From positions 448,001 through 512,000 of the forward strand of contig CAWANJ010000006.1 of the NCBI GenBank assembly GCA_963783385.1: 64,000 bases of DNA. Reading direction: 5' to 3'. Position 1 is the first letter of the stretch; the number at the start of each line of letters is the position of its first letter. Below the pieces are notes generated by a model. That model worked only from the letters and a program-made list of their open reading frames with translations. It had not been told where the DNA came from and did not search any database. Source of the DNA: an uncultured Gemmatimonadales bacterium. GTDB taxonomy: Bacteria > Gemmatimonadota > Gemmatimonadetes > Palauibacterales > Palauibacteraceae. Shown piece after piece: positions 54,436 to 63,405 of the stretch. A program made the translations under genes and the position numbers.

Positions 54436-55226
54436 AGCAGGACCACCAGCAGGCCGGCCGCGGCCAGCCCGAGCCCGGTCGCGGCGAGGACCCGGCCGTG
54501 CCGCGCCTCGAGCCGCAGCGGGAAGGGGCCCACCGCGCGGCGGACCGCCGCCGTCCACCACGCCGCCGCCGCGCCCGCGAGGAGCCACCACACGCCCGTG
54601 GCGAGGGCGCCCACCCCGGCGACGTACACCCAATAGCTCGGCGCGCGCGTCCCGGGAATGGGCGGGGCGCCGGGATTCCGGGCGGCATCCAGGACGCCGC
54701 CGATCTGGGCCTGGGACCAGACGAGCACGGCCGGTGCCACGAGCAGGGCCGTGACCAGGGCGGCCGTGGAGGCGACCAGCACGAGTCGCAGGAGCCGGCC
54801 CGGCGCGTCCTTGGCCCGGCCTGCGACCCGCCCACCCGTGGCGAGGCGGCCGAGCAAGAGGCCCGCGGCGACCAGCACGAACGCGGCCGGGAGCGCGGTG
54901 CCTCCGGCGACGAGAAGGGCTCCCACCAAGAGGAGCCCGAGCGCGGCCAACGCCGTCCAGGTCGCTGCGGGCCGGGATTTCGACCCCGCTCCGGCCGCCT
55001 CGATCAGGCTCTCCGGCGCTCCGAGTCGTTCGAGAACGCCGTCCATCTCCGCGGCGGTGACCGGGCCACGCGCGGGCCGGGCCGCGCCGAGCTCGGTGTC
55101 CACGTGCTCCCGAAGTCCGCGGAGGACCTCGGCCGCGTCCAGTCCCGGCTCGCCTGCCAGCGAGCGACGTGCGTCGCTCATGTACTCCTCCAGGCGGCGT
55201 CTCGCCCTCTCAGTCATCTCCAGCAT
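54432..55226 (-). CDS. PadR-associated membrane protein (HAAS-like N-terminal helical domain)
   Basis: LEEYMSDARRSL..LREHV..VLERLGAPE followed by about five TM helices. Confidence 0.75.
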   Translation of the reverse strand: MLEMTERARRRLEEYMSDARRSLAGEPGLDAAEVLRGLREHVDTELGAARPARGPVTAAEMDGVLERLGAPESLIEAAGAGSKSRPAATWTALAALGLLLVGALLVAGGTALPAAFVLVAAGLLLGRLATGGRVAGRAKDAPGRLLRLVLVASTAALVTALLVAPAVLVWSQAQIGGVLDAARNPGAPPIPGTRAPSYWVYVAGVGALATGVWWLLAGAAAAWWTAAVRRAVGPFPLRLEARHGRVLAATGLGLAAAGLLVVLL

Positions 55227-55566
55227 GGTCCTCGCTCCGGATCGCGTCGATGCCCTCGCCGATGGCGTCCCAGCGGTCGTTCATGTCCGCCAGGACGGAG
55301 GCCCCCCGGGGGGTGAGCCGGTAGTACTTGCGCGCGGGTCCCTCCGGCGATGGCTCCAGCGAGGTGGCGGCCAGCCCCTCTCGCTCCAGTCGCCCGAGGA
55401 TCGGGTAGATCGTGCCCTCGCCGATCACCAGCCCCGGGACCCCGCGCAGCAGCTTCACGATCTCGTAGCCGTAGCGGGCCCGTCCCCGGATGGCGTTCAT
55501 CACGCCCAGGTCCAGGAGCCCCTTTCGCGTCTGCGTAATCCAGTTCTCCACGAAATCGTCGGCCAT
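55210..55566 (-). CDS. PadR family transcriptional regulator
   Basis: RKGLLDL, YGYEI, EGTIYPILGRLE, GPARKYYRLT. Confidence 0.95.
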   Translation of the reverse strand: MADDFVENWITQTRKGLLDLGVMNAIRGRARYGYEIVKLLRGVPGLVIGEGTIYPILGRLEREGLAATSLEPSPEGPARKYYRLTPRGASVLADMNDRWDAIGEGIDAIRSEDHAGDD

Positions 55567-55572
55567 GGATCC

Positions 55573-55612
55573 ACTATATGGCTATCCATGGTAGCTGTCA
55601 ATACATGGTACC
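55573..55612 (-). promoter_or_regulatory. Sigma70 promoter of leaderless padR with overlapping repeat boxes
   Basis: TTGACA-N17-TATAGT-N6-ATG; TACCATGTAT and TACCATGGAT repeats flank the -35. Confidence 0.8.
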
Positions 55613-55715
55613 AGGAGGATGGGAGGAGGGTGCGCGGCAGGCGGCATGGAGAAGGCCGTGCACGCCGGCCGGAGGGCGCCGGCCGGAGGTTCAGCTCGGA
55701 GCGGGCCCCGGCGAG

Positions 55716-55955
55716 CTAGCTGGCCGGGGCCAGGATCTCCTTCACCTGGTCGACCGACAGGACGTGTCCCGCCGACCGGACCTGGCCGTCCACCGCCAGG
55801 GCGGGCGTCACCATGACGCCCATCCGGGCCAGGTCGACGATTCCCTCGACCTTCTCGATCTCGGCGGCCACGCCCAGCTCCTCGACCGCCCGCCGGGCGT
55901 TGTCGGTGAGGGCCCTGCACTTGGCGCATCCGGTGCCCAGGATCTGGATCTTCAT
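55716..55955 (-). CDS. Small thioredoxin-family redox-active disulfide protein
   Basis: MKIQILGTGCAKC...GVMVTPALAVDG; AGAAGGA RBS. Confidence 0.92.
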   Translation of the reverse strand: MKIQILGTGCAKCRALTDNARRAVEELGVAAEIEKVEGIVDLARMGVMVTPALAVDGQVRSAGHVLSVDQVKEILAPAS

Positions 55956-56002
55956 GGTAGGGTTCCTTCTGGATTGGAGGACCGTGCGGCTCCGTGGAAG
56001 CC

Positions 56003-57364
56003 TCACGCGATCGCCCCGTAGATCATCCCCGCCGTCGTGGCCATGACGACCACCAGCCCGAGGAAGGTGAGGGTCTTCTTCGTTCCGATCATGCTCCTGA
56101 TCACCAGGAGGCTGGGCAGGGAGAGCGCCGGCCCGGCCAGGAGGAGGGTAAGCGCCGGTCCCCGGCCCATCCCGCTCCCGAGCAGGCCCTGGAGGATGGG
56201 CACCTCCGTCAGGGTCGCGAAATACATGAAGGCGCCGGCCACGGAGGCGAACAGGTTCGCTCCCAGGGAGTTGCCTCCGACAGCGCCCGCGATCCACGCG
56301 GACGGGATGAGGCCCTCGTGGCCCGGCCTTCCCAGCAGCAGGCCGGCCACCAGGATGCCGACGAGGAGAAGCGGGAAGATCTGCTTCGCGAATCCCCACG
56401 TCGCCGCGAACCACTCTCCGGCCTCTCCTCCGCTCGTGCTGGCGGCCAGCGACAGGCCCACGGTGGCGCCGGCGAACGGGACGAGGGGCTCGCCGGGGAA
56501 GGTCAGGGCGAGGCCGGCCGTGACGGCCGTGACCGCTCCGACCTCGAGCGCGCTCATCCCGATCCAGCGCACCAGCGCGAAGGCCAGGAGCAGGCCCGAA
56601 GCCGCCGTGAGCTTCCACTTGGCTGCGTACACGGCGTGCCACAGCCCCCCGGTCGCGTCGGGCGCGCCCCAGTTGGCGAACACCAGCACGCCCACCAGCG
56701 AGGCGAAGAAGAGCGCGGTCTGCCACAGGGGGCGGTCGGCCGGTCCGTCGGTGGAGACGACCGGCACCCGGTCCGCCCGCTCCCGCTCATCCCGGCGGAA
56801 GAGGACGTGCATCAGGAGCCCGATCACCAGCGCGAACACCACAGCGCCGGCGGCCCGCGCCACGCCGATCTCGGCCCCCAGTACGTTTGCGGTGAGGACG
56901 ATGGCCAGCACGTTGATGGCCGGACCCGAGTACAGGAAGGCCGAGGCGGGGCCCAACCCCGCTCCGTTGGCGTAGATGCCGCCGAACAGCGGCAGCACCG
57001 TGCACGAGCACACCGCGAGCAGCGTTCCGGACACGGAGGCGACGCCGTAGGCCACCGGCTTCGGAGCCCGCGGTCCCAGGTAGGCGAGGACCGATTCCCG
57101 GCGCAGGAACACGGAGATGGCCCCGGCGATGAAGAAGGCGGGAACCAGGCACAGCAGCACGTGCGCCCGGGCGTACCACCTCGTGAGCGCAAGCGCCTCC
57201 GTCACCGCGCCGTCGAACCGCGCCGTCCCCACCGGCAGCAGGTAGAAGGCCAGGAAGAGGGCGGCGATCCAGGCCAGCGGCTTCCACTCGCGGGCCCACG
57301 CCGTCGCCGCGCCTCCGGCGCGGCGCGACGCCCACCACTCCATCGTCCGGCCGGAGGCCATCAC
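56003..57364 (-). CDS. ArsP/DUF318-family permease
   Basis: HVLLCLVPAFFIAG, LAVCSCTVLPLF, FLYSGPAIN, MYFATLTEVP, LLAGPALSLP. Confidence 0.9.
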   Translation of the reverse strand: MMASGRTMEWWASRRAGGAATAWAREWKPLAWIAALFLAFYLLPVGTARFDGAVTEALALTRWYARAHVLLCLVPAFFIAGAISVFLRRESVLAYLGPRAPKPVAYGVASVSGTLLAVCSCTVLPLFGGIYANGAGLGPASAFLYSGPAINVLAIVLTANVLGAEIGVARAAGAVVFALVIGLLMHVLFRRDERERADRVPVVSTDGPADRPLWQTALFFASLVGVLVFANWGAPDATGGLWHAVYAAKWKLTAASGLLLAFALVRWIGMSALEVGAVTAVTAGLALTFPGEPLVPFAGATVGLSLAASTSGGEAGEWFAATWGFAKQIFPLLLVGILVAGLLLGRPGHEGLIPSAWIAGAVGGNSLGANLFASVAGAFMYFATLTEVPILQGLLGSGMGRGPALTLLLAGPALSLPSLLVIRSMIGTKKTLTFLGLVVVMATTAGMIYGAIA

Positions 57365-57741
57365 ACGGCCGCCGGCTGGTCCTCGAGCGCCTCGCTCGCG
57401 GCCTTTCCGGCTTCGCGGCCCGCGCGGATCTGGACGAGCACCGGCGTGGCTTCCGGCAGCGGCCGGTCCGCCAGGAGGGCGCGAAGGACGACGAGGACGG
57501 CCGCCAGATCAGGACCGGGGGTCCGGGGCAGCCGGTAGTTGACGATGAGCCCGTCCCGCTCGTCCACCAGCAGGCCCGCGTCCCGCAGATAGCGGAGGTG
57601 GCGGGAGGCCTTGGACTGGGTGATCCCCATGACGCGCTCCACCTCGCACACGCACAGGGGCCCGTGGCGGAAGACGAGCCCCAGGATCGTAAGCCGCGTC
57701 TCGTCCGAGAGCGCCTTGAAGGTCTGCGCAAGAGAGTCCAC
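57361..57741 (-). CDS. ArsR/SmtB metalloregulator
   Basis: FKALSDETRL, LCVCE metal motif, QSKASRHLRYLRDAGL. Confidence 0.93.
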   Translation of the reverse strand: MDSLAQTFKALSDETRLTILGLVFRHGPLCVCEVERVMGITQSKASRHLRYLRDAGLLVDERDGLIVNYRLPRTPGPDLAAVLVVLRALLADRPLPEATPVLVQIRAGREAGKAASEALEDQPAAV

Positions 57742-57754
57742 GTGCGTCCTCCAC

Positions 57755-57799
57755 TATAACTGGGTACCCGAGTATACAGGTAGGCTTGGGATAAGGCAA
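57755..57799 (-). promoter_or_regulatory. arsR promoter and candidate operator
   Basis: TTGCCT-N17-TATACT; palindrome TATA-N3-GGGTACCC-N3-TATA overlaps the -10. Confidence 0.7.
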
Positions 57800-57858
57800 G
57801 CGTCAGGCGTCCATACGGAGATCCTGCCGGCAATGAATTCGGGGGAGGAGGCCGGCTG

Positions 57859-58635
57859 CTAGCCGCCCCCGCTCATCCGGCTCCGGATGAGACGGGCCGC
57901 CTCGCCTTCGCCCACCTGGATGTCCCAACCGAGCTCGCGGCGGCTGGTCTTGTCAATGTAGTGGAGGCCGGCGAGGAGTCCGGCGGGGCGCACCTCGACC
58001 ACCCACACGCGACGATCCCGGGAGCCCGGCATCGTGGCTTCACCCCGCACCTCGACGTCGATCCATCCGGGTCCGTGAGCGGCGTCGTAGGTGACGATCC
58101 GGGCCCGGTAGCCGGGAACCAGCGGGAGGGCCTCGAGGACCAGCTGGGCCACGCTCTGGTCGAACCCGGGCTCGGCGAGCGTGGTGTCGACGGAGTGCGT
58201 TCCGGCCGTGTCGGTCCACGAACCGGTGACCCGCGTTCCCTCCCAGGTCACGTCCATCGTCGTCCCGCCGGCACGCCCCACGTGTTTGAGGGGAGCCAGG
58301 CTGCGGGGCGCGACCCGAATGCTGTCCAGGGAGCGGCCGCCGCTCAGCTCCTCGACGACGAGGAGGGCGTCCCTGCCGCCGAGTCGGACGGGGGTCGTGA
58401 CGCTCGTGTAGCGGCCCGCCGAGACGACCGTGTCCGGACGCAGGATCGAGAGCACCGAGGAGTCCGTGCGCGAGCCGAGGTCGAAGGCCAGGTCCCCGGG
58501 CCGGACCGTGTCCACCGGGAGGCCGCCGGTCTCCTGCGCGGCGGCCGGTGCTTCGGTCCGGATGAGCGCCAGGAATGCGGCCAGAGCCAGGGCCCGGCCG
58601 GCCTGTCTGAGTCGGTTGCGGGTGGCTCCGGCCAT
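57859..58635 (-). CDS. Secreted hypothetical protein (DUF3108-like beta-rich)
   Basis: GGAGG RBS; signal ending AAAQ; LEALPLVPGY, EVRGEATM..VWVVEV. Confidence 0.65.
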   Translation of the reverse strand: MAGATRNRLRQAGRALALAAFLALIRTEAPAAAQETGGLPVDTVRPGDLAFDLGSRTDSSVLSILRPDTVVSAGRYTSVTTPVRLGGRDALLVVEELSGGRSLDSIRVAPRSLAPLKHVGRAGGTTMDVTWEGTRVTGSWTDTAGTHSVDTTLAEPGFDQSVAQLVLEALPLVPGYRARIVTYDAAHGPGWIDVEVRGEATMPGSRDRRVWVVEVRPAGLLAGLHYIDKTSRRELGWDIQVGEGEAARLIRSRMSGGG

Positions 58636-58680
58636 CGGACCTCCGTCAGGACTCCTGCCAGGGTTCTCCCTCCACCGGGG

Positions 58681-58710
58681 AACGCGTCGCGCTCGGGATC
58701 GGTTCCGCCA
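58681..58710 (-). promoter_or_regulatory. Candidate ECF promoter
   Basis: GGAACC-N16-CGTT within TGGCGGAACCGATC, partly like the 24904..24937 motif. Confidence 0.4.
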
Positions 58711-58723
58711 ATGCCAGGCCGTG

Positions 58724-59650
58724 TTACACGCCGACGGCCAGGAGCCTGTCCACCTCCGCGAGGTCGTCATCGGTGAGTCGCCAACCGGCCGCCGCGGCGT
58801 TGGCCCGGACTTGCTCCGGCCGCGTGGCTCCGGCGATCACCGAGGCCACCGGCCGATGCGCGAGCAGCCACGAGAAGGCCAGCTCCAGGAGCGTGTGGCC
58901 GCGGTCCTCGGCGAACGCGATGAGCCGCTCGACCCTCGCCATGCTCTCCTCCGAGAGCAGGTCGGCGAAGCGGTCGCTCCCGGTGATCCGGGCGCCCTCG
59001 GGGGCGGCCCGACCCTTTCGGTACTTGCCGGTGAGGAGCCCGCTCTTCAACGGAAAGTAGGGGAGGAGGGCGAGGTCGAGCTCGGCGCACGCCCCGAGCA
59101 CTCCCTCCTCGGGCTCCCGGTGCAGCAGGCTGAACTCGTTCTGGACCGAGACGAAACGCGCGGCGCCCGGTCCGACGGCCTCCTCGGCCTCGCGGATCTG
59201 CGCGACCGAGAAGTTGGAGCAACCGATCTCGCGCACCTTTCCCTCGCGGACCAGGTCGTCCAGCGCCCCGAGCGTATCGCCAATGGGGACGTCGGGGTCG
59301 GGCTCGTGGAGCTGATACAGGTCGATGCGGTCCGTCCCCAGCCGCCGCAGGCTGGCCTCGGCCGCTTTCCTGACGTAGGTGGGGGCCGCGCCGCCGCCCT
59401 CTCCCGCCACCTCGAACCCGAACTTGGTGGCGATGAACACGTCCTTCCTGCGGTCGCCCAGCGCCCGTCCCAGGAAAGTCTCGCTCTGCCCGGCGCCGTA
59501 CACGTCGGCCGTGTCGAAGAAGTCGATACCCGCGTCCAGCGCCGCGCGCACCACCTCGGCCGACGCGTCCGCGTCGATGCGACGCCCGAAGTTGTTGCAG
59601 CCCAGTCCCACGGCCGACACTTTGAGCGAGCCGACCCGCCTTCTCTCCAC
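58724..59650 (-). CDS. Aldo/keto reductase
   Basis: VGLGCNNFG, FDTADVYG, SLRRLGTDRIDLYQLH, IGCSN, PYFPLKSGLLTGKY. Confidence 0.95.
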   Translation of the reverse strand: MERRRVGSLKVSAVGLGCNNFGRRIDADASAEVVRAALDAGIDFFDTADVYGAGQSETFLGRALGDRRKDVFIATKFGFEVAGEGGGAAPTYVRKAAEASLRRLGTDRIDLYQLHEPDPDVPIGDTLGALDDLVREGKVREIGCSNFSVAQIREAEEAVGPGAARFVSVQNEFSLLHREPEEGVLGACAELDLALLPYFPLKSGLLTGKYRKGRAAPEGARITGSDRFADLLSEESMARVERLIAFAEDRGHTLLELAFSWLLAHRPVASVIAGATRPEQVRANAAAAGWRLTDDDLAEVDRLLAVGV

Positions 59651-59823
59651 GGTCCTTCCTCCTCGTCCGGATGCCGTCTCCCGCTGGCCGCAGGCCCGCG
59701 GGTCTCCCTCCCTCGCAGCGCAAGTCGCGCACCGCACGTCCGGCCGTTGAGCCAGCGATGAGGCGCGCCCGGACCGTTCCGCACCGGTGGAAGCTGAGGT
59801 TTCGCCCGAGCAAGGAGGGGACG

Positions 59824-60057
59824 ATGGGACGGTGGGAAGGACTCCGGCGGAAGGGACTGGCGAGCATGCTCGCGCTGACAATGGGGCTGGGCAGCTTCCT
59901 GATCCTGCCCTCGCCGCGGCAGGCGCAGGCCGACCTGTGCGGCGCCAACGACGGCAAGCAGTGCGCGCACGCCTCCGTGTGCGTGGGCTTCTGGATCTTC
60001 AAGTCGTGCACGGAGACCTGGAAGTACTACCAGAGCGAGAAGCAGGTGGTCGCCTGA
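59824..60057 (+). CDS. Secreted four-cysteine peptide precursor (77 aa)
   Basis: AAGGAGGGG RBS; signal ending AQA; predicted mature DLCGANDGKQCAHASVCVGFWIFKSCTETWKYYQSEKQVVA; mostly G/C at third codon positions. Confidence 0.8.
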   Translation: MGRWEGLRRKGLASMLALTMGLGSFLILPSPRQAQADLCGANDGKQCAHASVCVGFWIFKSCTETWKYYQSEKQVVA

Positions 60058-60062
60058 GGCGC

Positions 60063-60584
60063 GTGGCAGCGGTGCGGGGCGGGCCTCGGCCCGCCCCGCC
60101 CGGCCTCCCATGGCGTGGCGTGGCGGCCGCGGCCGGAGTGCTGCTGGCGGCCTGCGCGGTGGCGCGGGCCCTTCCGGCCCTCGCCGAGCGCCCGGTGCGC
60201 CTCCCCGTTGCGGCCCGCGGGCCGGACGGCCGTCCCACCCTCCTCTACCTGTTCCAGCGCGCGGACTGCATCCGGCACGCCGCCCTCCAGCGCCGCTGGT
60301 CCGGGCTACGGCGAGCGGGGCGCGCGGTGGTCCTGGGCGTTCCCCTGGACGAGCTCCCCGGGGGAGAGAGGGGGCCGCGGACGCCGAACCCGGGCTTCCC
60401 CGTCCGACCGGACCTTCGGAAGGAGGCCGAACGGCTGATGCTGGAGCTGGGCTACCAGACGACTCCGGTGACGGTGCTCCTCGACCGGCACGGCCGGCCG
60501 CGCCTGCTGCTACCGCCGCCCGCGGACGAAGCGGCCGCGGAGGCGGAAGAGCGCGTGGTGCGCGCCGCGCTGGCCTCGCCGTGA
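60063..60584 (+). CDS. Thioredoxin/TlpA-fold membrane-anchored protein with single Cys
   Basis: TLLYLFQRADC, AVVLGVPLD, LGYQTTPVTVLLDRHGR (cis-Pro loop). Confidence 0.65.
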   Translation: MAAVRGGPRPAPPGLPWRGVAAAAGVLLAACAVARALPALAERPVRLPVAARGPDGRPTLLYLFQRADCIRHAALQRRWSGLRRAGRAVVLGVPLDELPGGERGPRTPNPGFPVRPDLRKEAERLMLELGYQTTPVTVLLDRHGRPRLLLPPPADEAAAEAEERVVRAALASP

Positions 60585-61643
60585 GCCGCGCGGGCGCCCC
60601 GCCGATCGCCGCGGCCGCGCTGGCGGCGCTCGCCCTGGCGTGCGGCGGGGACCGGCCGGGCCACGGGACCGGAGGGGTCCCTCCGGTCCGGAGCCGCACG
60701 ACGGTACAGCGGAGCTGGGAGGAGGTCTTCCAGGTAGGCGGCGGCGTGCAGGACACGCTGCTCCAGTCGCCCACGGGGCTGGCCGCCGACCGGGACGGGG
60801 TCTACGTGGCCGACCCGTCGGCGGGTCGCGTGCTGCGCTTCGACCGCGCCGGGCAGCTGGTGTTCGCCGAGGGTCGCCCGGGAGGTGGCCCGGGGGAGTT
60901 TCGGTCGCTGAGGGACGTGGAGGTCGACGACCGGGGCCTCGCCTGGGTCCTGGATCGGGGCAACGCGCGCATCACCATCCTGGGGCCGGACGGCCGCGTG
61001 GAAGGGCGCCTTCCCCTCGAAGGCCCGGCGCGCTCGGCCGATCAGCTCGTGCCCCTGCCCGGCGGCAGGGGAGCCGTGGTGGTCGCCTACGACCGCGAGA
61101 GTCCCTTCGCGCGACTGACAATGGACGGCCGGATCGCGGACCGGTTCGGCCCGCCCTGGAAGGACTACTCCTCGCTCGATCCGCTCGCCTCGCAGCTGGT
61201 GACGGCCGCGGGCGGGGGCCGATGGGTGGCGGCCTTCGGCATGGGGGACGGCTTCTTCGTGCGGGATGGAGGGACGTGGAGGGGAGGCTCGGCACTCTTA
61301 CGTCGAATCCCTGCCGTTCCCGGAAGTGGAGACCCGCGGCCGGCTGTCCGAGGACGGCACGGGGCGCGTGGAGGAGCGCATCGCCGAGGAAAGACCGGTG
61401 TTCGGCGCCCTGTCGGCCAGCGTGACCGGGGACCGGCTGGCCGTCCTGTTCGGCGGACGGAGCCCGGGGCGCGGGCGCTGGCTGGACGTCTACTCGCTGC
61501 CCGACGGGCGCTACCGCGGGTCCTACCTGCTCCCGACCTACTTCGAGCAGGTGGCCCTCGGCGGCGGCCTCCTGTACGGGCTCGCCGACGATCCCGCGCC
61601 GCGGCTGGCGGCCTACCGCCTGCCGGCGGATTCCCTACCCTGA
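60581..61643 (+). CDS. 6-bladed beta-propeller lipoprotein, frameshift near 61285
   Basis: Lipobox LALAC; VYVADP, GRPGGGPGEFRSL, WVLDRGNARIT, LDVYSLPDGRYRGSYLLP. Confidence 0.75.
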
Positions 61644-61691
61644 GCGGAGCGGACCGCGGGCCCGTCGCGCGGCCGCCGACCAGGAGGATGC

Positions 61692-62180
61692 ATGCTGGAC
61701 TCGATCGCCCTGGCGCTGTCCGTGTTCGCCTTCGCCCTGCTGGGCGCCTTCGTGACCGACTGTGCGCGCCGCGACCCGGGCCGGCTGCCGGGCGCGCGCC
61801 GCGTCCCCCCGCTCATCCGCGGCGGGCCCCTGCGCGTCCTGTGGGCGACGGCCCTGGCCGCCTCCTTCGTGGGCGGGCTGTATGGGCTCACCCTGCGAGA
61901 GCATCGGGACGTGCGCGAGGGGGAAGCGGCCGCCCCGGTGGGCTCGGAGGCGCACCGGATTCTCCGCCTTCCGTTCTACGTGCGCGAAGAGCGCGTGGCC
62001 ACCGCCGTGGACGGGTCCTTCCTGCGCTCGAGTCGCTCCACACGGACGCAGCTTCCGTGGGCCTTCCTGGTCGTGGCCGCCCTGTACGCCTGGGGAGTCA
62101 CGGCGGCCGACCGGGCGGACCCGGGTCCGGCGTCCGGGCCCCTCAATCCTCCCAGCGCCGGAACAGGAGGGCGGCGTTGA
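61692..62180 (+). CDS. Small membrane protein (about three TM)
   Basis: AGGAGG RBS; hydrophobic segments; LRLPFY and TQLPWAFL. Confidence 0.65.
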   Translation: MLDSIALALSVFAFALLGAFVTDCARRDPGRLPGARRVPPLIRGGPLRVLWATALAASFVGGLYGLTLREHRDVREGEAAAPVGSEAHRILRLPFYVREERVATAVDGSFLRSSRSTRTQLPWAFLVVAALYAWGVTAADRADPGPASGPLNPPSAGTGGRR

Positions 62181-63405
62181 TGCCGCCGAATCCGAACGAG
62201 TTCGACAGCGCGTACTCGGCCTGGCGGGACTCGCCCGACCCCGTGATCAGTTGGAGTCCCTCGCACGAGTCGTCGGTCGTCTCGAGGTTGAGCGTGGGCG
62301 GGTACCAGTCGCGCTCCAGGGCCAGGGAGACGATGGCGGCCTCGATGGCCCCGGAGGCGCCCAGGGCGTGACCGTAGTATCCCTTGGTGCCGCTCGTCGG
62401 GATGCGAGAGGCGCGCTCGCCGTGCACCGAGCGGATGGCCAGCGCCTCGGTCGGGTCGTTGAGCAGGGTCGCGGAGCCGTGCGCGTTGATGTAGTCGACG
62501 ACGGACGGGCTCACGCCGGCGTCCTCGAGGGCCAGCCGCATGGCCCGGGCCGCCTGGCGGCCGTCGGGCCGCGGCCGGGTCATGTGGAAGGCGTCGTTGG
62601 TCGTCCCGAATCCGCACAGCTCGGCGTGGATCCGGGCGCCCCGGTCCAGGGCATGCTCCATCTCCTCGAGCAGCAGGAGGGAGGCACCCTCGCCCATCAC
62701 GAAGCCATCACGGTCCCGGTCGAAGGGCCGCGAGGCCGCCGACGGGTCGTCGTTCCGGGTCGACATGGCCCGCAGGATGGCGAACGCCCCGAACGACAGT
62801 GGCGCGAGGGGGGCCTCGGCTCCGCCGGCCAGGGCCACGTCCGCCCGGTCGTCGCGAATGAGCCGGAAGCCGCTCCCCACGCCGATGGCGCCGGACGCGC
62901 AGCTCATGGCGTTGGTGGCGTTGGGACCGGTGAAGCCGAGCTCGATCGCCACGTTGCAGCTCGCGGCCCCGCCGAACACGGTGAGGGCGAGCATCGGGTT
63001 CACGCCGCGCGTGCCCGCCCGCAGGTAGGCCTCGTGCTGGGCCTCGGCGAACTCCACGCCCCCCAGCGCGCTCCCCATCTGCACGGCCATCCGATCGGAG
63101 TCCTCCGTCTCGGGGTCGAGGCCCGCGTCTTCCACCGCCATGCGTGCGACGGCCACGGCCAGGGCGCTGTAACGATCCAGCCGACGCAGCCGCCGGCGGT
63201 CGATCCACGTCTCCGGATCGAAGCCCGGGACCTCGGCCGCGATGCGCGTGCGGAACGGCTCCGGGTCGAAGCGGGTGATCGGACCCACCGCCGAGCGGCG
63301 GCGGTGGAGGCCTTCCCACAACCCCTCGGCGCCCTGGCCGATCGGCGTGACGCAGCCGATCCCGGTGACGACGACCCGCCGGCCGTCCCGCTCAGGCCGG
63401 AGCAT
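62143..63405 (-). CDS. Beta-ketoacyl-ACP synthase (FabF/KAS II-like)
   Basis: RRVVVTGIG, AMSCASG (Cys), RPFDRDRDGFVMGEG, NAHGS, GHALGASG, NSFGFGG. Confidence 0.92.
   Translation of the reverse strand: MLRPERDGRRVVVTGIGCVTPIGQGAEGLWEGLHRRRSAVGPITRFDPEPFRTRIAAEVPGFDPETWIDRRRLRRLDRYSALAVAVARMAVEDAGLDPETEDSDRMAVQMGSALGGVEFAEAQHEAYLRAGTRGVNPMLALTVFGGAASCNVAIELGFTGPNATNAMSCASGAIGVGSGFRLIRDDRADVALAGGAEAPLAPLSFGAFAILRAMSTRNDDPSAASRPFDRDRDGFVMGEGASLLLLEEMEHALDRGARIHAELCGFGTTNDAFHMTRPRPDGRQAARAMRLALEDAGVSPSVVDYINAHGSATLLNDPTEALAIRSVHGERASRIPTSGTKGYYGHALGASGAIEAAIVSLALERDWYPPTLNLETTDDSCEGLQLITGSGESRQAEYALSNSFGFGGINAALLFRRWED

Noticed and set aside
59980-60009. CVGFWIFKSC resembles somatostatin/urotensin (FWK) loops
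   Set aside because: Lacks the FWK pharmacophore; such a short match is expected by chance
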